In this document: positions 9,066-18,504 of the stretch, in pieces
Layout: every line of letters begins with the position of its first letter
Numbering within the stretch: position 1 is the first letter of the stretch
Virus record (IMG/VR): IMGVR_UViG_3300023697_000634
DNA length: 64,000 nucleotides
Direction: 5' to 3' (one strand)
DNA from: a virus
Lineage: Duplodnaviria > Heunggongvirae > Uroviricota > Caudoviricetes
Translations under genes and position numbers: made by a program
Notes under the pieces: model-generated
The model's input: only the letters and a program-made list of their open reading frames with translations
What the model was told of the DNA's origin: nothing
The model's database searches: none

Positions 9066-10046
9066 ATGAACGCTAAAAGAAAAGCTAGACTGACAGACGA
9101 ACGCAGTTACTTCAAACCATTTTCATATCCATGGGCATACGATGCTTGGTTGAAGCACGAACAGAGCCACTGGCTACACACTGAAGTACCAATGTTGGAA
9201 GATGTTAAGGACTGGAAGAAAAAGCTTACAAAAGAAGAGAAGCAATTCTTAACCCACATCTTCAGATTCTTTACACAAGGTGATATTGACGTTGCTGGTG
9301 GATATGTAAATAACTACCTACCATACTTTCCGCAACCAGAAGTCCGTATGATGTTGATGGGATTTGCTGCTCGCGAAGCCCTGCACGTTGCTGCATACTC
9401 ACATCTGATCGAGACGCTAGGTCTTCCTGAGACGACCTACAACCAATTCCTCGAATATGATGCAATGCGTGACAAGCATGAATATTTCTTGACAATTGCT
9501 GGCCAAGATGCATCTACGATCGCCCAGCAAATTGCAGCATTCTCCGCATTCACGGAAGGTATGCAGTTATTCAGTTCGTTCATCATGTTGTTGAATTTCC
9601 CACGACACGGCAAGATGAAAGGTATGGGTCAGATTGTTACGTGGTCAATCGTCGATGAAACGATGCACGCTGAATCGATGATCAAGCTGTTCCGCACATT
9701 TATCGAAGAGAACAAAGACATCTGGAATGACGATTTGAAGAGCCAGATTTATACGATTGCTGAGAAGATGGTTGCGTTGGAAGATCGCTTCATCGACTTA
9801 GCATTCGAAATGGGGCCAATGGAAGACCTCAAGGCAGAAGACGTTAAGCAGTATATTCGTTACATTTGCGACCGTCGTCTGATTAGCCTTGGTTTAAAGG
9901 GTATTAATAAAGTTAAGCGCAACCCATTACCATGGGTTGAAGAGATGATCAACGCCCCAACACATACAAACTTCTTTGAGAACCGTGCTACAGATTATGC
10001 AAAAGGCGCCACCACGGGATCATGGGAAGACGTTTGGGCAAAGTAA
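9066..10046 (+). CDS. nrdB: ribonucleoside-diphosphate reductase class I small subunit
   Basis: Ferritin-like di-iron blocks (REALHVAAYSHLIETLG, VDETMHAE). 326 aa. Confidence 0.85.
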   Translation: MNAKRKARLTDERSYFKPFSYPWAYDAWLKHEQSHWLHTEVPMLEDVKDWKKKLTKEEKQFLTHIFRFFTQGDIDVAGGYVNNYLPYFPQPEVRMMLMGFAAREALHVAAYSHLIETLGLPETTYNQFLEYDAMRDKHEYFLTIAGQDASTIAQQIAAFSAFTEGMQLFSSFIMLLNFPRHGKMKGMGQIVTWSIVDETMHAESMIKLFRTFIEENKDIWNDDLKSQIYTIAEKMVALEDRFIDLAFEMGPMEDLKAEDVKQYIRYICDRRLISLGLKGINKVKRNPLPWVEEMINAPTHTNFFENRATDYAKGATTGSWEDVWAK

Positions 10047-10058
10047 GGAGAGGAATGT

Positions 10059-10241
10059 ATGAAGTTCAATGAAGAAGATATTATACTTTGTACTGAATGT
10101 GACGCTGAGTTTACAGTTAATCGGTTGGATGATGGTGAAGAAGAAGTAGAATTCTGCCCTATTTGCGGACATCATTTATGGGAAGAGTTGGATGAAGACA
10201 ACGACGATGATCCGACAGACAGCGTATACTACAACGATTAA
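10059..10241 (+). CDS. small zinc-ribbon protein with acidic tail
   Basis: CTECDAEF ... CPICGHH, then a DEDNDDDPTD tail. Confidence 0.4.
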   Translation: MKFNEEDIILCTECDAEFTVNRLDDGEEEVEFCPICGHHLWEELDEDNDDDPTDSVYYND

Positions 10242-10306
10242 CTAACATAAATAGTCCTGAATATATGATGATTTGGTGATCTAGATCAACATCTTAAAGG
10301 ACTAAC

Positions 10307-10780
10307 ATGATCAAAAAGCTCGTAACTGCGGGTCTTTTTGTTATGGCTTCATCCCTTGCGATGGGTCAGAGCGACCCTATCGTGACTGACTCGACATCGA
10401 GAAGTACGACTACTTCTATCACGGAGACGACCGTTAAGTCTCCTCCTCCAACTGCCGTCGCACCTGCTATCACTGTAATTAACAGCGACGTGTGTGCAGT
10501 TGCTGCATCTGGTGCTGTTCAGACGCAGATCCTTGGTATCTCCATGGGTGGTACAATGACGGACTATAACTGCGAACGTATCAAATTGGCACGGGGCGTC
10601 TATGATATGGGCATGAAGGTGGCTGCTGTTGCTATCATGTGCCAAGATGAGCGTGTATTCTCAGCTATGATGAATGCTGGAACACCTTGTCCAGTTGATG
10701 GTAAGATTGGCGCTCAAGCTAAGGAAATTTGGGACGCAAACCCAGAACGCATTCCTCAGAAAATCAAGAGCACCAAATGA
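10307..10780 (+). CDS. secreted protein (signal peptide)
   Basis: MIKKLVTAGLFVMASSLAMGQS signal peptide. Thr/Ser-rich stretch and conserved Cys. Confidence 0.4.
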   Translation: MIKKLVTAGLFVMASSLAMGQSDPIVTDSTSRSTTTSITETTVKSPPPTAVAPAITVINSDVCAVAASGAVQTQILGISMGGTMTDYNCERIKLARGVYDMGMKVAAVAIMCQDERVFSAMMNAGTPCPVDGKIGAQAKEIWDANPERIPQKIKSTK

Positions 10781-13092
10781 TCAAGAGATACCTAGCAATC
10801 ACATTGTTAGGAGTCTCAAGTGTTCTTGCTCAAACGGTTCAGACTACTCCTAACCTCATTACGTCAGGTACGACACATACGTGGTCGGGAGTAACTACGG
10901 GTACAATTGGGGCAAATTACATGCCAGCTGGTAGTACGTCGGCGCCTCGTTATGAGCCTGCTACGAACAGCATTAGCTTCAGTTACGCACAGGGTACAGT
11001 ATCGCAGACAATCGCTATTAACAACGCTCTAGCTAACGTCGGTGCAGGCGTTAAAGTCAACGGGTACAATTATAGCTACGACACGCGTAATATGAACGGC
11101 GATGATCGTCAAGGCAGCATCGACACATATACCATTACTACCAAGATGACGAGTAGTGCTGGAGCTACTCTTCTTTCAACGACGCAAACATTTAATACTA
11201 AGTTTGACTGGACTACCATTAGTGGAACCCAGACGGCAACTAACCCATATGCAGTAGGGGATGTTGGTTCGCTGCAGTTCAGTGCCACTGGCAAGGATAG
11301 TGGTTTTTGGGCAGGATACTTTGGCCCTCAAATTCGTAATGTTAATATGAGTCTGAACTATGGTGTGGATCCGTGCGCAACGAACCCAGCATATAGCCCA
11401 TCATGTGCCAACTACGGTACCGTGCAATATAGTAGCAACCTAGTTTCTAATCCTACTGGATATGCTGTGTTTGGTGCCTCGATTGATCAGACATATGCTA
11501 TCAATCAAGCACTCGGTCAGGCAGGCGCAGGCGCAACCATCCATGGCTTCCAGTGGGGATACACAGCAAACGCAAATGGTCCATATTGTGCATCGTGGTT
11601 TCTTTTTTGTCTCGACGAACGCACACCTAGCGTCACCACAAACGTGAACATTACAAGCAGTGCTGGAGCAAGTTTGTATAGTGTGGCACGCACATATACA
11701 AACAGTTACAACACAACGAGCTATCAATACCTCTTCCCAACAAGCCGAGCTATCAGTACACTAGGCAACTTTAATTTTACAGCAAGTACTAATGATGCTG
11801 CATATGTTGGTGATATGTGGAGCAAAGCTGTGTATACGCCAGACCCTTGCTCCGTCGATCCTTTAAGTAGCCAAAGCTGCCCAGGGTATACAGCTGCGTA
11901 TACGACACAACAATGTACTATCAGTGCGCTATACAATACAGCATGCCCCGGGTATACAGTTGCATACTTCAACCAGCAGTGTACTAACAACCCACTATAC
12001 AACCAATCATGCTCAGGATATGCATCTGCATACTTAGTACAGCAGTGTTCTATTAATCCTTTATACAGCACGACGTGTGCTGGGTACGAGACTGCATATT
12101 TCAATCAGCAATGCTCGTCGAATCCTCTATACAGCACTAGATGTAGTGGGTATTCGACTGCTTATCACGACCAGCAATGTTCACTTAATCCGCTATATGC
12201 ATCAGATTGTAATGGGTATACACAAGCATACCACGATCAGCAATGTTCACTGAATGCATTATACGCTCCTGACTGTCCTGGTTATGCGGCCGCATATAAA
12301 ACACAGCAATGCTCGGCAAATGCATTATACGCGACGGATTGCCCTGGTTACGACCAAGCATATCTCAATTCTCAATGTATTAGAGACTCACTCTATAGCC
12401 CGCTGTGCGAAGGGTATAAAACTGCATATGCAATTAAGTATCTAACGAATCTCAATCCAGCCGTAACGACTGCTGTCAATCAGCAGTTGACTGATAACGT
12501 CGAGGCTGCTAAAGCAGCACAAACGATGACGGTCGCTGACCCAGTAAGTAGTGCCACTACTAATACACCAAGCTCTACAACGTCTGCTGCGTCCGTATCA
12601 CCGACAGCTACAATTTCGACAATCAAACCTGCTCCATCAGCCGCATCTCCTACTGGCGTTGTTGCTCAAGCCGACCCAAAAAAGGAAGACAAAAAGTCTG
12701 ACGACAAACCGCAAGGTGGTCCACAGGGAGGAGAGCAGAAGGCAGAAGGTCCGAAACCGAAAACTGCTAGAGAAGAGATTGCTGCCAAGCGCGAAGAGGC
12801 TGCAAAGAAAGAAGCTGTGGCAAAGGGTAAGGACCTAGCTAATCAGATGGGCCAAGCAGCCGATCTTGAATCACAGAAGGCAATTCAAAACGTAGTTATT
12901 CAGGCAATGGGGTTCACGCCTGGGTTTGATCAGTATGGTAGAGGTGTAGTTCCAGACGCGCAGTTCTATCGTCCATTTAGCGTCTATGGTGGTCAGAAAA
13001 ATATTGATAATCGTACAGGTCTCCGGATGTTTGGAGGCAGTGATAGAGTGCATGAAGAAATGATCGATTCACAATATCAAATAGGAAAATAA
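10777..13092 (+). CDS. large secreted repeat protein with about 11 tandem Cys-containing 20-aa repeats
   Basis: Start at MIKRYLAITLLGVSSVLAQT (ATGA overlap with the upstream stop). Repeats of consensus QQC-x-NPLY-xxx-C-x-GY-xx-AY-xx. A Thr/Ser/Pro linker, a K/E-rich charged segment and a C-terminal globular region follow. Confidence 0.55.
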   Translation: MIKRYLAITLLGVSSVLAQTVQTTPNLITSGTTHTWSGVTTGTIGANYMPAGSTSAPRYEPATNSISFSYAQGTVSQTIAINNALANVGAGVKVNGYNYSYDTRNMNGDDRQGSIDTYTITTKMTSSAGATLLSTTQTFNTKFDWTTISGTQTATNPYAVGDVGSLQFSATGKDSGFWAGYFGPQIRNVNMSLNYGVDPCATNPAYSPSCANYGTVQYSSNLVSNPTGYAVFGASIDQTYAINQALGQAGAGATIHGFQWGYTANANGPYCASWFLFCLDERTPSVTTNVNITSSAGASLYSVARTYTNSYNTTSYQYLFPTSRAISTLGNFNFTASTNDAAYVGDMWSKAVYTPDPCSVDPLSSQSCPGYTAAYTTQQCTISALYNTACPGYTVAYFNQQCTNNPLYNQSCSGYASAYLVQQCSINPLYSTTCAGYETAYFNQQCSSNPLYSTRCSGYSTAYHDQQCSLNPLYASDCNGYTQAYHDQQCSLNALYAPDCPGYAAAYKTQQCSANALYATDCPGYDQAYLNSQCIRDSLYSPLCEGYKTAYAIKYLTNLNPAVTTAVNQQLTDNVEAAKAAQTMTVADPVSSATTNTPSSTTSAASVSPTATISTIKPAPSAASPTGVVAQADPKKEDKKSDDKPQGGPQGGEQKAEGPKPKTAREEIAAKREEAAKKEAVAKGKDLANQMGQAADLESQKAIQNVVIQAMGFTPGFDQYGRGVVPDAQFYRPFSVYGGQKNIDNRTGLRMFGGSDRVHEEMIDSQYQIGK
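11858..12420 (+). repeat. tandem ~60-nt coding repeats (about 11 copies) inside the repeat-protein gene
   Basis: Protein-level periodicity ...CPGYTAAYTTQQCTISALYNTACPGYTVAYFNQQCTNNPLYNQSCSGYASAYLVQQC... . The nucleotide copies are diverged but in register. Confidence 0.6.
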
Positions 13093-13093
13093 A

Positions 13094-13885
13094 ATGTCAG
13101 AAGAAAACAATAAGCCCGACGACGAGCTAGAAGATGCAGGGAGTGTGTCTGAAGAGTCGACAGAAGATGAGGTTGTTGAAGAAGTCACTGAGGGGGAAGA
13201 AGAATCGGTGACTGATGAAATTGCTGGTGCATTGGCTGGTATGGCTGCTGCTGCAGCAACTCGCAAGGGTGGAAAGAAGCCAACTAAGGCCGTTGGTAAG
13301 ACTACTAAAGGCAAGACAACTAAGCCGAAAGCTCCAGCAGCAAAAACAGCAGTCGCTAAGCCTAAGATACCAGCTGGTACTGTTGATATCAACGCTGAGG
13401 TTGAAAAGCTCCAAGGTCTCGCCGATAAGAATAAGGTGTGGACTGTTGCTGGATACAGCTTTACCCCAGCGAAGTTGATGATACTTGGAACGATCCTATC
13501 TACTGCTCTTGGCAGTCTGTATGGTGCCTTTGAGGTATACAAAGACTATCAAGATATGAAAGTTAAGATCGCAAAGTATGTTGCGCCAGATCTATCGGAG
13601 ATCTATAAGAAGGTTGAGATTGCTGAACAGAATTCTGAAAAGTCTGTTCAATATACGCAAGACATTAAAAACGATTTGAAGAGCGATATCCGTCGCTTAG
13701 AGAGTGTAGTTGATAATGTTGAACGTGGTGCTAAGCAATCTGCGCGTGAGTCTGATCTTGCAGTACGCGATGTCCAACAAGAGCTTCGTAAGAATAGCAA
13801 AGAGACCGATCAAGCGATCAAACAAGTACAACGTGAAGTTGATGTTAAGATCCAAAAAGCTCTTGACAACCCACTTGCCAAATAA
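13094..13885 (+). CDS. membrane protein with acidic N-terminus, Lys/Ala/Pro-rich histone-H1-like segment, one TM helix and C-terminal coiled coil
   Basis: An EEE-rich N-terminus and KTTKGKTTKPKAPAAKTAVAKPKIP. TM helix AKLMILGTILSTALGSLYGAF, followed by coiled-coil heptads. Confidence 0.45.
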   Translation: MSEENNKPDDELEDAGSVSEESTEDEVVEEVTEGEEESVTDEIAGALAGMAAAAATRKGGKKPTKAVGKTTKGKTTKPKAPAAKTAVAKPKIPAGTVDINAEVEKLQGLADKNKVWTVAGYSFTPAKLMILGTILSTALGSLYGAFEVYKDYQDMKVKIAKYVAPDLSEIYKKVEIAEQNSEKSVQYTQDIKNDLKSDIRRLESVVDNVERGAKQSARESDLAVRDVQQELRKNSKETDQAIKQVQREVDVKIQKALDNPLAK

Positions 13886-13957
13886 GCTATCGCTTTAAGT
13901 TGTAGCTATTCCCATCAGCCCTAGCATCTAGGTAGTGGCTGTCGTTTCTGTGATAGA

Positions 13958-14016
13958 GCTGCTTGCTCCATTGACTGTCTTCGGATGGTTTGTGGAAAGC
14001 AGCTCTCACTTTTTGC
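13958..14016 (+). terminator. terminator-like hairpin
   Basis: AGAGCTGCTT ... AAGCAGCTCT 10-bp perfect inverted repeat followed by CACTTTTTGC. Confidence 0.45.
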
Positions 14017-14154
14017 ATAATGTAATTGATGAATTTACTCATCCTGACCCTTGTCAATCCACTCTTTCGATTTAATCAAACCATAGAGTATTCCGCCAAC
14101 GATGATTATGGACACTATATACCCCATGTTAATCTCCTTTGAAATATATAGGCA

Positions 14155-14640
14155 ATGAGTGAAAATAATTGGACGTATAATGGTGCTCTTTTTGAGGAAC
14201 CAGATCCAGAGCATTATGGTTTTGTATACTTAATTACCAATACCCAGACGGGTAAGATGTACATTGGTAAGAAAGTGTTCTGGTTTAAAAAGACCAGACA
14301 AGTCAACAAGAAGAAAAAGAAATTCCTTGCCCCAAGCGATTGGAAAGAGTATTATGGTTCCTCACCTGCTCTGAACAAAGACGTCGATCAATTTGGCAAA
14401 GAGATATTCAAACGAGAGATCATTCACCTTTGTGCTAACAAAGGTCTCGCATCCTATTACGAAGCATTGGAGCAATTCCAACGGCAGGTTCTCTTCAATC
14501 CAGAAATGTATTATAATGACTGGATCATCCTCAGAGTCCATAGGAAGCATGTATTAAATGAAACAGCAAAGCGGAATCCCGTACAATCTTCCGACAGTAC
14601 CTCCAACACAGTCGCTAAAACGCGACGACGTCAGAATTGA
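14155..14640 (+). CDS. GIY-YIG homing endonuclease (free-standing, Seg/I-TevI-like catalytic domain)
   Basis: YGFVYLITNTQTGKMYIGKK (GIY ... YIG) with a downstream conserved R, YYGSS and E. Preceded by a 270-nt non-coding gap. Confidence 0.6.
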   Translation: MSENNWTYNGALFEEPDPEHYGFVYLITNTQTGKMYIGKKVFWFKKTRQVNKKKKKFLAPSDWKEYYGSSPALNKDVDQFGKEIFKREIIHLCANKGLASYYEALEQFQRQVLFNPEMYYNDWIILRVHRKHVLNETAKRNPVQSSDSTSNTVAKTRRRQN

Positions 14641-14776
14641 CGTCTACCGTCAAACGCATGGTTATGAAATATTCCAATACACGGGCAACAACCAACCACA
14701 AAGACTGGCTATGACGTTTCAGCAGATGGATAATTTTTTACAACTTATGTGTCAGGCTGGATTTGAGGAGGCATAA
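14558..14776 (+). CDS. hypothetical protein
   Basis: ORF overlapping the 3' end of the endonuclease gene. The start is uncertain. Confidence 0.25.
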   Translation: MKQQSGIPYNLPTVPPTQSLKRDDVRIDVYRQTHGYEIFQYTGNNQPQRLAMTFQQMDNFLQLMCQAGFEEA

Positions 14777-15132
14777 TGGACTTCGTTGTTAGTGCGTTAG
14801 TGTGCTGGTTTCTAGTCAGCTTTGCAATCAAATTCATCGAAAGTTATGGTGAAATTGAAAAAGAGTACGAAGAAAATTCCACACCAAAATACGTTTCGAT
14901 GCAGATATCCGTTGAACGTATCAAAGAAATGTGGTATGGTTGGTTCATCGATCCTGAAACAGAGAACGAAGTGTTCGTTGCTCAGGGTGAAACGTGTAGC
15001 CACGCAATCAACAATTGCGTGGAAAGGATCCGTCAAAAGAATCCCGAATACACTGTATTATTTAAATTCAGAGTGAAATATGATGACCAGTCAAGCATAC
15101 AAGGCCAAGCCGAACGTCACGATAGTCAATAA
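14776..15132 (+). CDS. hypothetical protein
   Basis: ORF with a TAATG junction. Confidence 0.35.
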   Translation: MDFVVSALVCWFLVSFAIKFIESYGEIEKEYEENSTPKYVSMQISVERIKEMWYGWFIDPETENEVFVAQGETCSHAINNCVERIRQKNPEYTVLFKFRVKYDDQSSIQGQAERHDSQ

Positions 15133-15277
15133 GCTATCGGGCGCTACCGTGCGTGGCGATATAATCAATGAAGATACCATCGACGGTAAGAGTTTTTATG
15201 TAATGAAAGTTCCACCACGCACGGTGCCGCTCCGGTACTTCAAGGACGCGTGGTCGATTCAAAAAGGAAAGAAGTGA
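15080..15277 (+). CDS. hypothetical protein
   Basis: ORF of 65 aa. Confidence 0.3.
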   Translation: MMTSQAYKAKPNVTIVNKLSGATVRGDIINEDTIDGKSFYVMKVPPRTVPLRYFKDAWSIQKGKK

Positions 15278-15278
15278 T

Positions 15279-15578
15279 ATGACAACTCCGATTACAGCAC
15301 CTATTTTCAATACGCCTGAAGGTCGTGAGTGGATCAGGTCTGCTCTGCACGATGGTCCACTCGAAGTCGTCTTTACTAAGAAGGATGGTACTGAACGTAC
15401 GATGTATTGCACCTTGCAAGAAGGTGTGGTCGTTCCACACGAGAAGACAACAGACCGTGTAAAGGAACCAAACCTCGATGTGCTCGCTGTCTGGGATCTT
15501 GAAAAGCAAGCATGGCGTTCTTTCAAGTTGAGTACGATTCTCCGTGCATCCTTTGGCGATGTGTGGCCCCGTCCATGA
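15279..15578 (+). CDS. hypothetical protein
   Basis: ORF of 99 aa. Confidence 0.35.
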   Translation: MTTPITAPIFNTPEGREWIRSALHDGPLEVVFTKKDGTERTMYCTLQEGVVVPHEKTTDRVKEPNLDVLAVWDLEKQAWRSFKLSTILRASFGDVWPRP

Positions 15579-16003
15579 TTGAAAAGAAAGATGTAGGCAT
15601 CACTTTTGGTGCCTTTGACCTTTGCCATGCTGGCCATGTGATAATGTTCGCTGACTGCAAGCAGCATTGTGAATACTTGATAGTCGGCCTGCAAGTTGAT
15701 CCGAGTCTAGAACGCGACACAAAGAATCGACCAGTACAATCCTTGTATGAACGATTCTTGCAATTGCAGGCAATCAAGTATATCGATGAGATTATTCCAT
15801 ATACATATGAACATGAAATCATTCAGATACTGATGACACGTGATATTGATGTTCGATTTGTTGGTGCAGATTATATCGGTAAGGATTTTACTGGCCGAGA
15901 GTTCTGTTTCGAAAAGCAGATCGACATTTGCTTCACCAACAGAGATCATCCATTCAGTACAACTGAGTTGAGAAAACGAATTCAAAACAACCCTTCGAAA
16001 TAA
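15575..16003 (+). CDS. cytidylyltransferase-like nucleotidyltransferase (TagD/RfaE-domain-II fold, HxGH)
   Basis: GITFGAFDLCHAGHVIMF (the H-x-G-H motif of the nucleotidylyltransferase superfamily) plus the C-terminal block YIDEIIPY ... RFVGADY. Confidence 0.6.
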   Translation: MIEKKDVGITFGAFDLCHAGHVIMFADCKQHCEYLIVGLQVDPSLERDTKNRPVQSLYERFLQLQAIKYIDEIIPYTYEHEIIQILMTRDIDVRFVGADYIGKDFTGREFCFEKQIDICFTNRDHPFSTTELRKRIQNNPSK

Positions 16004-16005
16004 TT

Positions 16006-16965
16006 ATGAGCGTATTTGCTACCGATGAACTGAGCGCCAATGCTAATGGCGGCACAGAATTGATGAAACGTGGGCTCGAGCAACGACTCGATCCAGAGCT
16101 ACTAAAACACTTCCATATTACAGCTAGCCGGTATCGTGGCGGCGACCCCAACAAAATCAACCTATACTGGTTGCACGACCTTCCAGGCGATCCTGAATCG
16201 GCCCATCTTGCTAATGGTGGCTGGAACAACTTTGAAAAGTTGATCTTCGTATCGAACTGGCAATTCCAAGCATATCAACTATACTACGGCCTTCCTTGGT
16301 ATAAGTGCATTGTGTTGCAAAATGCGATCGAGCCAATCCCTGCTGTAGAGAAGTCTAAAGACAAAATTAAGATCATATACAACACAACGCCACACCGTGG
16401 ACTGGAGATCCTCGTTCCAGTGTTTGATGCGCTTTGTAAGCGCTTTGATAATATCGAACTCGATGTGTTCTCATCCTTCGCAGCTTATGGATGGGAGGAG
16501 CGCGATGAGCCATACAAAGAGTTGTTTGAAGTATGCAAAACGCATCCTAAGATTAATTATCATGGATATCAACCAAATGATGTCGTGCGTCGAGCGCTGG
16601 CCGAATCACACATCCAAGCATACCCATCCATCTGGTCTGAAACGTCCTGCATTGCATTGATGGAAGCAATGAGTGCTGGTTGTCTGTGTATCCATCCAAA
16701 CTTTGCTGCGTTGCCAGAGACGTCTGCAAACTGGACTTGGATGTATCAGTGGCACCAAGATAAACGCGACCATGCCAACATGCTGTATGGTTACTTGACT
16801 AATGCTATCGATAACTACTGGACAGAAAGTGTTCAAACGCGTGTAGCAGGCCAAAAGTCATATGCTGATGTATTCTATGGGTGGGAAATGCGTAAACACC
16901 AATGGAACGCCTTGTTGATGAGCATTCTTCAAGAAAAGAAGATTGAATATACACCAAAGGATTGA
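16006..16965 (+). CDS. GT-B glycosyltransferase (GT4-like)
   Basis: SETSCIALMEAMSAGCLCI matches the E-x7-E / F-G-L-x-x-L-E-A-M-A-x-G motif of retaining GT-B transferases. Confidence 0.6.
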   Translation: MSVFATDELSANANGGTELMKRGLEQRLDPELLKHFHITASRYRGGDPNKINLYWLHDLPGDPESAHLANGGWNNFEKLIFVSNWQFQAYQLYYGLPWYKCIVLQNAIEPIPAVEKSKDKIKIIYNTTPHRGLEILVPVFDALCKRFDNIELDVFSSFAAYGWEERDEPYKELFEVCKTHPKINYHGYQPNDVVRRALAESHIQAYPSIWSETSCIALMEAMSAGCLCIHPNFAALPETSANWTWMYQWHQDKRDHANMLYGYLTNAIDNYWTESVQTRVAGQKSYADVFYGWEMRKHQWNALLMSILQEKKIEYTPKD

Positions 16966-17003
16966 TGGTTGACTTTAAACGTCAATAATCGTACAATCGA
17001 AGA

Positions 17004-17873
17004 ATGATTATTGTTGATATTAACCAAACGATGATTGCTAACCTGATGGTTCAGATTGGCAATCATACGAACATGGAGTTGCATGAGGATCTTATTCGTC
17101 ATATGGTCCTTAATGCACTCCGTAGCTATAAACAGATGTATCCTCTCGAGCGAGAGATGATAATCGCATGCGACGATAAGAAGTACTGGCGACGTCAGGT
17201 ATTTCCTGCATATAAAGCAAACCGCAAAAAAGCACGCGAAGAGTCCGAGCTTGACTGGAACCAAATCTTTACAATCCTAAATAAGATTAGAGATGAGCTC
17301 AAAGCTCATTCACCTTATAAGGTAGTGATGGCTCCTGGTGCAGAAGCAGATGATGTAATTGGTACGCTGTGTATCAAGTACGGTTCGTTTATCCAGTCTG
17401 CGCGTACAACTGAAGCAATCCACATCTTGTCTGGTGATAAAGATTTTGGTCAACTACAAGTATATTCTAATGTCCACCAATTTGATCCTGTCCGTAAGAA
17501 GCAGATCAAGACAATCGATCCATACAAATACCTGCGCGAGCATATCCTCAAGGGTGACCGCGGTGATGGTATTCCTAACATCATGTCTCGAGACAATTGC
17601 CTTATGGAAGGCGAGCGTCAAAAATCACTCCCAACAAAACGCATCGAATACTTGTCAGGTTTTGTCGACCTGTCTAAAGTACTTCCGTCCGATCAATATG
17701 CAAACTTCAAACGTAACGAGCAACTGATCGACCTCCACATGATTCCAGAAGATATCACAACTGCAATTTTACATGAGTATGATACGCAGACTCCCAAAGA
17801 CCTCGAGGTGTTCAGACAATACCTACGCGATCATAAATTGAAAACATTAGAAGAAAGAATTAGTGAGTTTTAA
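17004..17873 (+). CDS. 5'-3' exonuclease / flap endonuclease (T4 RNase H-like)
   Basis: IIACDDKKYWRRQVFPAYKANRKK, GAEADDVIGTL and LSGDKDFGQL, the conserved FEN/RNaseH acidic clusters. Confidence 0.8.
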   Translation: MIIVDINQTMIANLMVQIGNHTNMELHEDLIRHMVLNALRSYKQMYPLEREMIIACDDKKYWRRQVFPAYKANRKKAREESELDWNQIFTILNKIRDELKAHSPYKVVMAPGAEADDVIGTLCIKYGSFIQSARTTEAIHILSGDKDFGQLQVYSNVHQFDPVRKKQIKTIDPYKYLREHILKGDRGDGIPNIMSRDNCLMEGERQKSLPTKRIEYLSGFVDLSKVLPSDQYANFKRNEQLIDLHMIPEDITTAILHEYDTQTPKDLEVFRQYLRDHKLKTLEERISEF

Positions 17874-17874
17874 T

Positions 17875-18321
17875 ATGAGACTTGGCATTTTCCAAATCCT
17901 TGAGAAGGCAGCCGGACAAAAAGCATCTGCTGATAAGATTGCTGTACTACATGCGAATGCTGGACCAGCACTTTATACAATTTTAAAATACGCCTATGAT
18001 CCTAACATTGTTTGGGACCTACCAGAAGGCATACCTCCATACAAACCATGTCCGTTTCCAGCTCAGGAAATGAGATTGATGTCGGAGATTCGTCGCCTAT
18101 ATTTGTTTATCAAGGGCGGCAATCCTAACCTCACAAAACTACGTCGTGAGACGCTTTTTATCGAATTATTAGAGTCTGTACATCCAGACGATGCATTGGT
18201 CCTGATTAGCATTAAGGACAAGAAGCTGCCATACAAAGGTCTGACAGTTAAGCTAATCAAGGAAGCGTTCCCAGGTTTGATCGAGGAGCTACCTGCAAAT
18301 GATGAAAAAGCAAAATCATAA
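17875..18321 (+). CDS. hypothetical protein
   Basis: ATG 2 nt after the upstream TAA. Confidence 0.35.
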   Translation: MRLGIFQILEKAAGQKASADKIAVLHANAGPALYTILKYAYDPNIVWDLPEGIPPYKPCPFPAQEMRLMSEIRRLYLFIKGGNPNLTKLRRETLFIELLESVHPDDALVLISIKDKKLPYKGLTVKLIKEAFPGLIEELPANDEKAKS

Positions 18322-18490
18322 AGATAAGTATAAGGCGGACTACCAAGAGCAGTCCGAACACGGAGGTCACTACTATAGGAAGTTCAGGACCTCTAAACAG
18401 AACAAAGCCAATAATGCTCTTGACCGAGCTTTGCGGCAGCGTGACTTTGCTAAGATTCGTGATGATGATGAGCAATATGATTATTATTAA
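18299..18490 (+). CDS. small basic protein
   Basis: K/R/H-rich 63-aa ORF. Confidence 0.3.
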   Translation: MMKKQNHKDKYKADYQEQSEHGGHYYRKFRTSKQNKANNALDRALRQRDFAKIRDDDEQYDYY

Positions 18491-18504
18491 TTTATTAAGG
18501 AAAG

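Noticed and set aside
11724-12104. 126-aa minus-strand ORF with repeated YKGLIEHCC-like segments
   Set aside because: It lies antisense within the tandem coding repeats of the 10777-13092 gene. Its periodicity merely mirrors the plus-strand repeats.
13886-14154. Possible tRNA gene in the largest intergenic gap (also checked 20662-20730, 24747-25024, 28670-28750, 32985-33060, 46129-46303, 50344-50484)
   Set aside because: No acceptor-stem/T-arm (GTTCRANYC) cloverleaf could be built in any of these gaps. They contain terminator hairpins, promoter-like TATAAT boxes and micro-ORFs instead.
15134-15694. 186-aa minus-strand ORF
   Set aside because: It overlaps three well-formed plus-strand genes (15080-15277, 15279-15578, 15575-16003), one of which has a clear HxGH motif. 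It is an antisense artefact.
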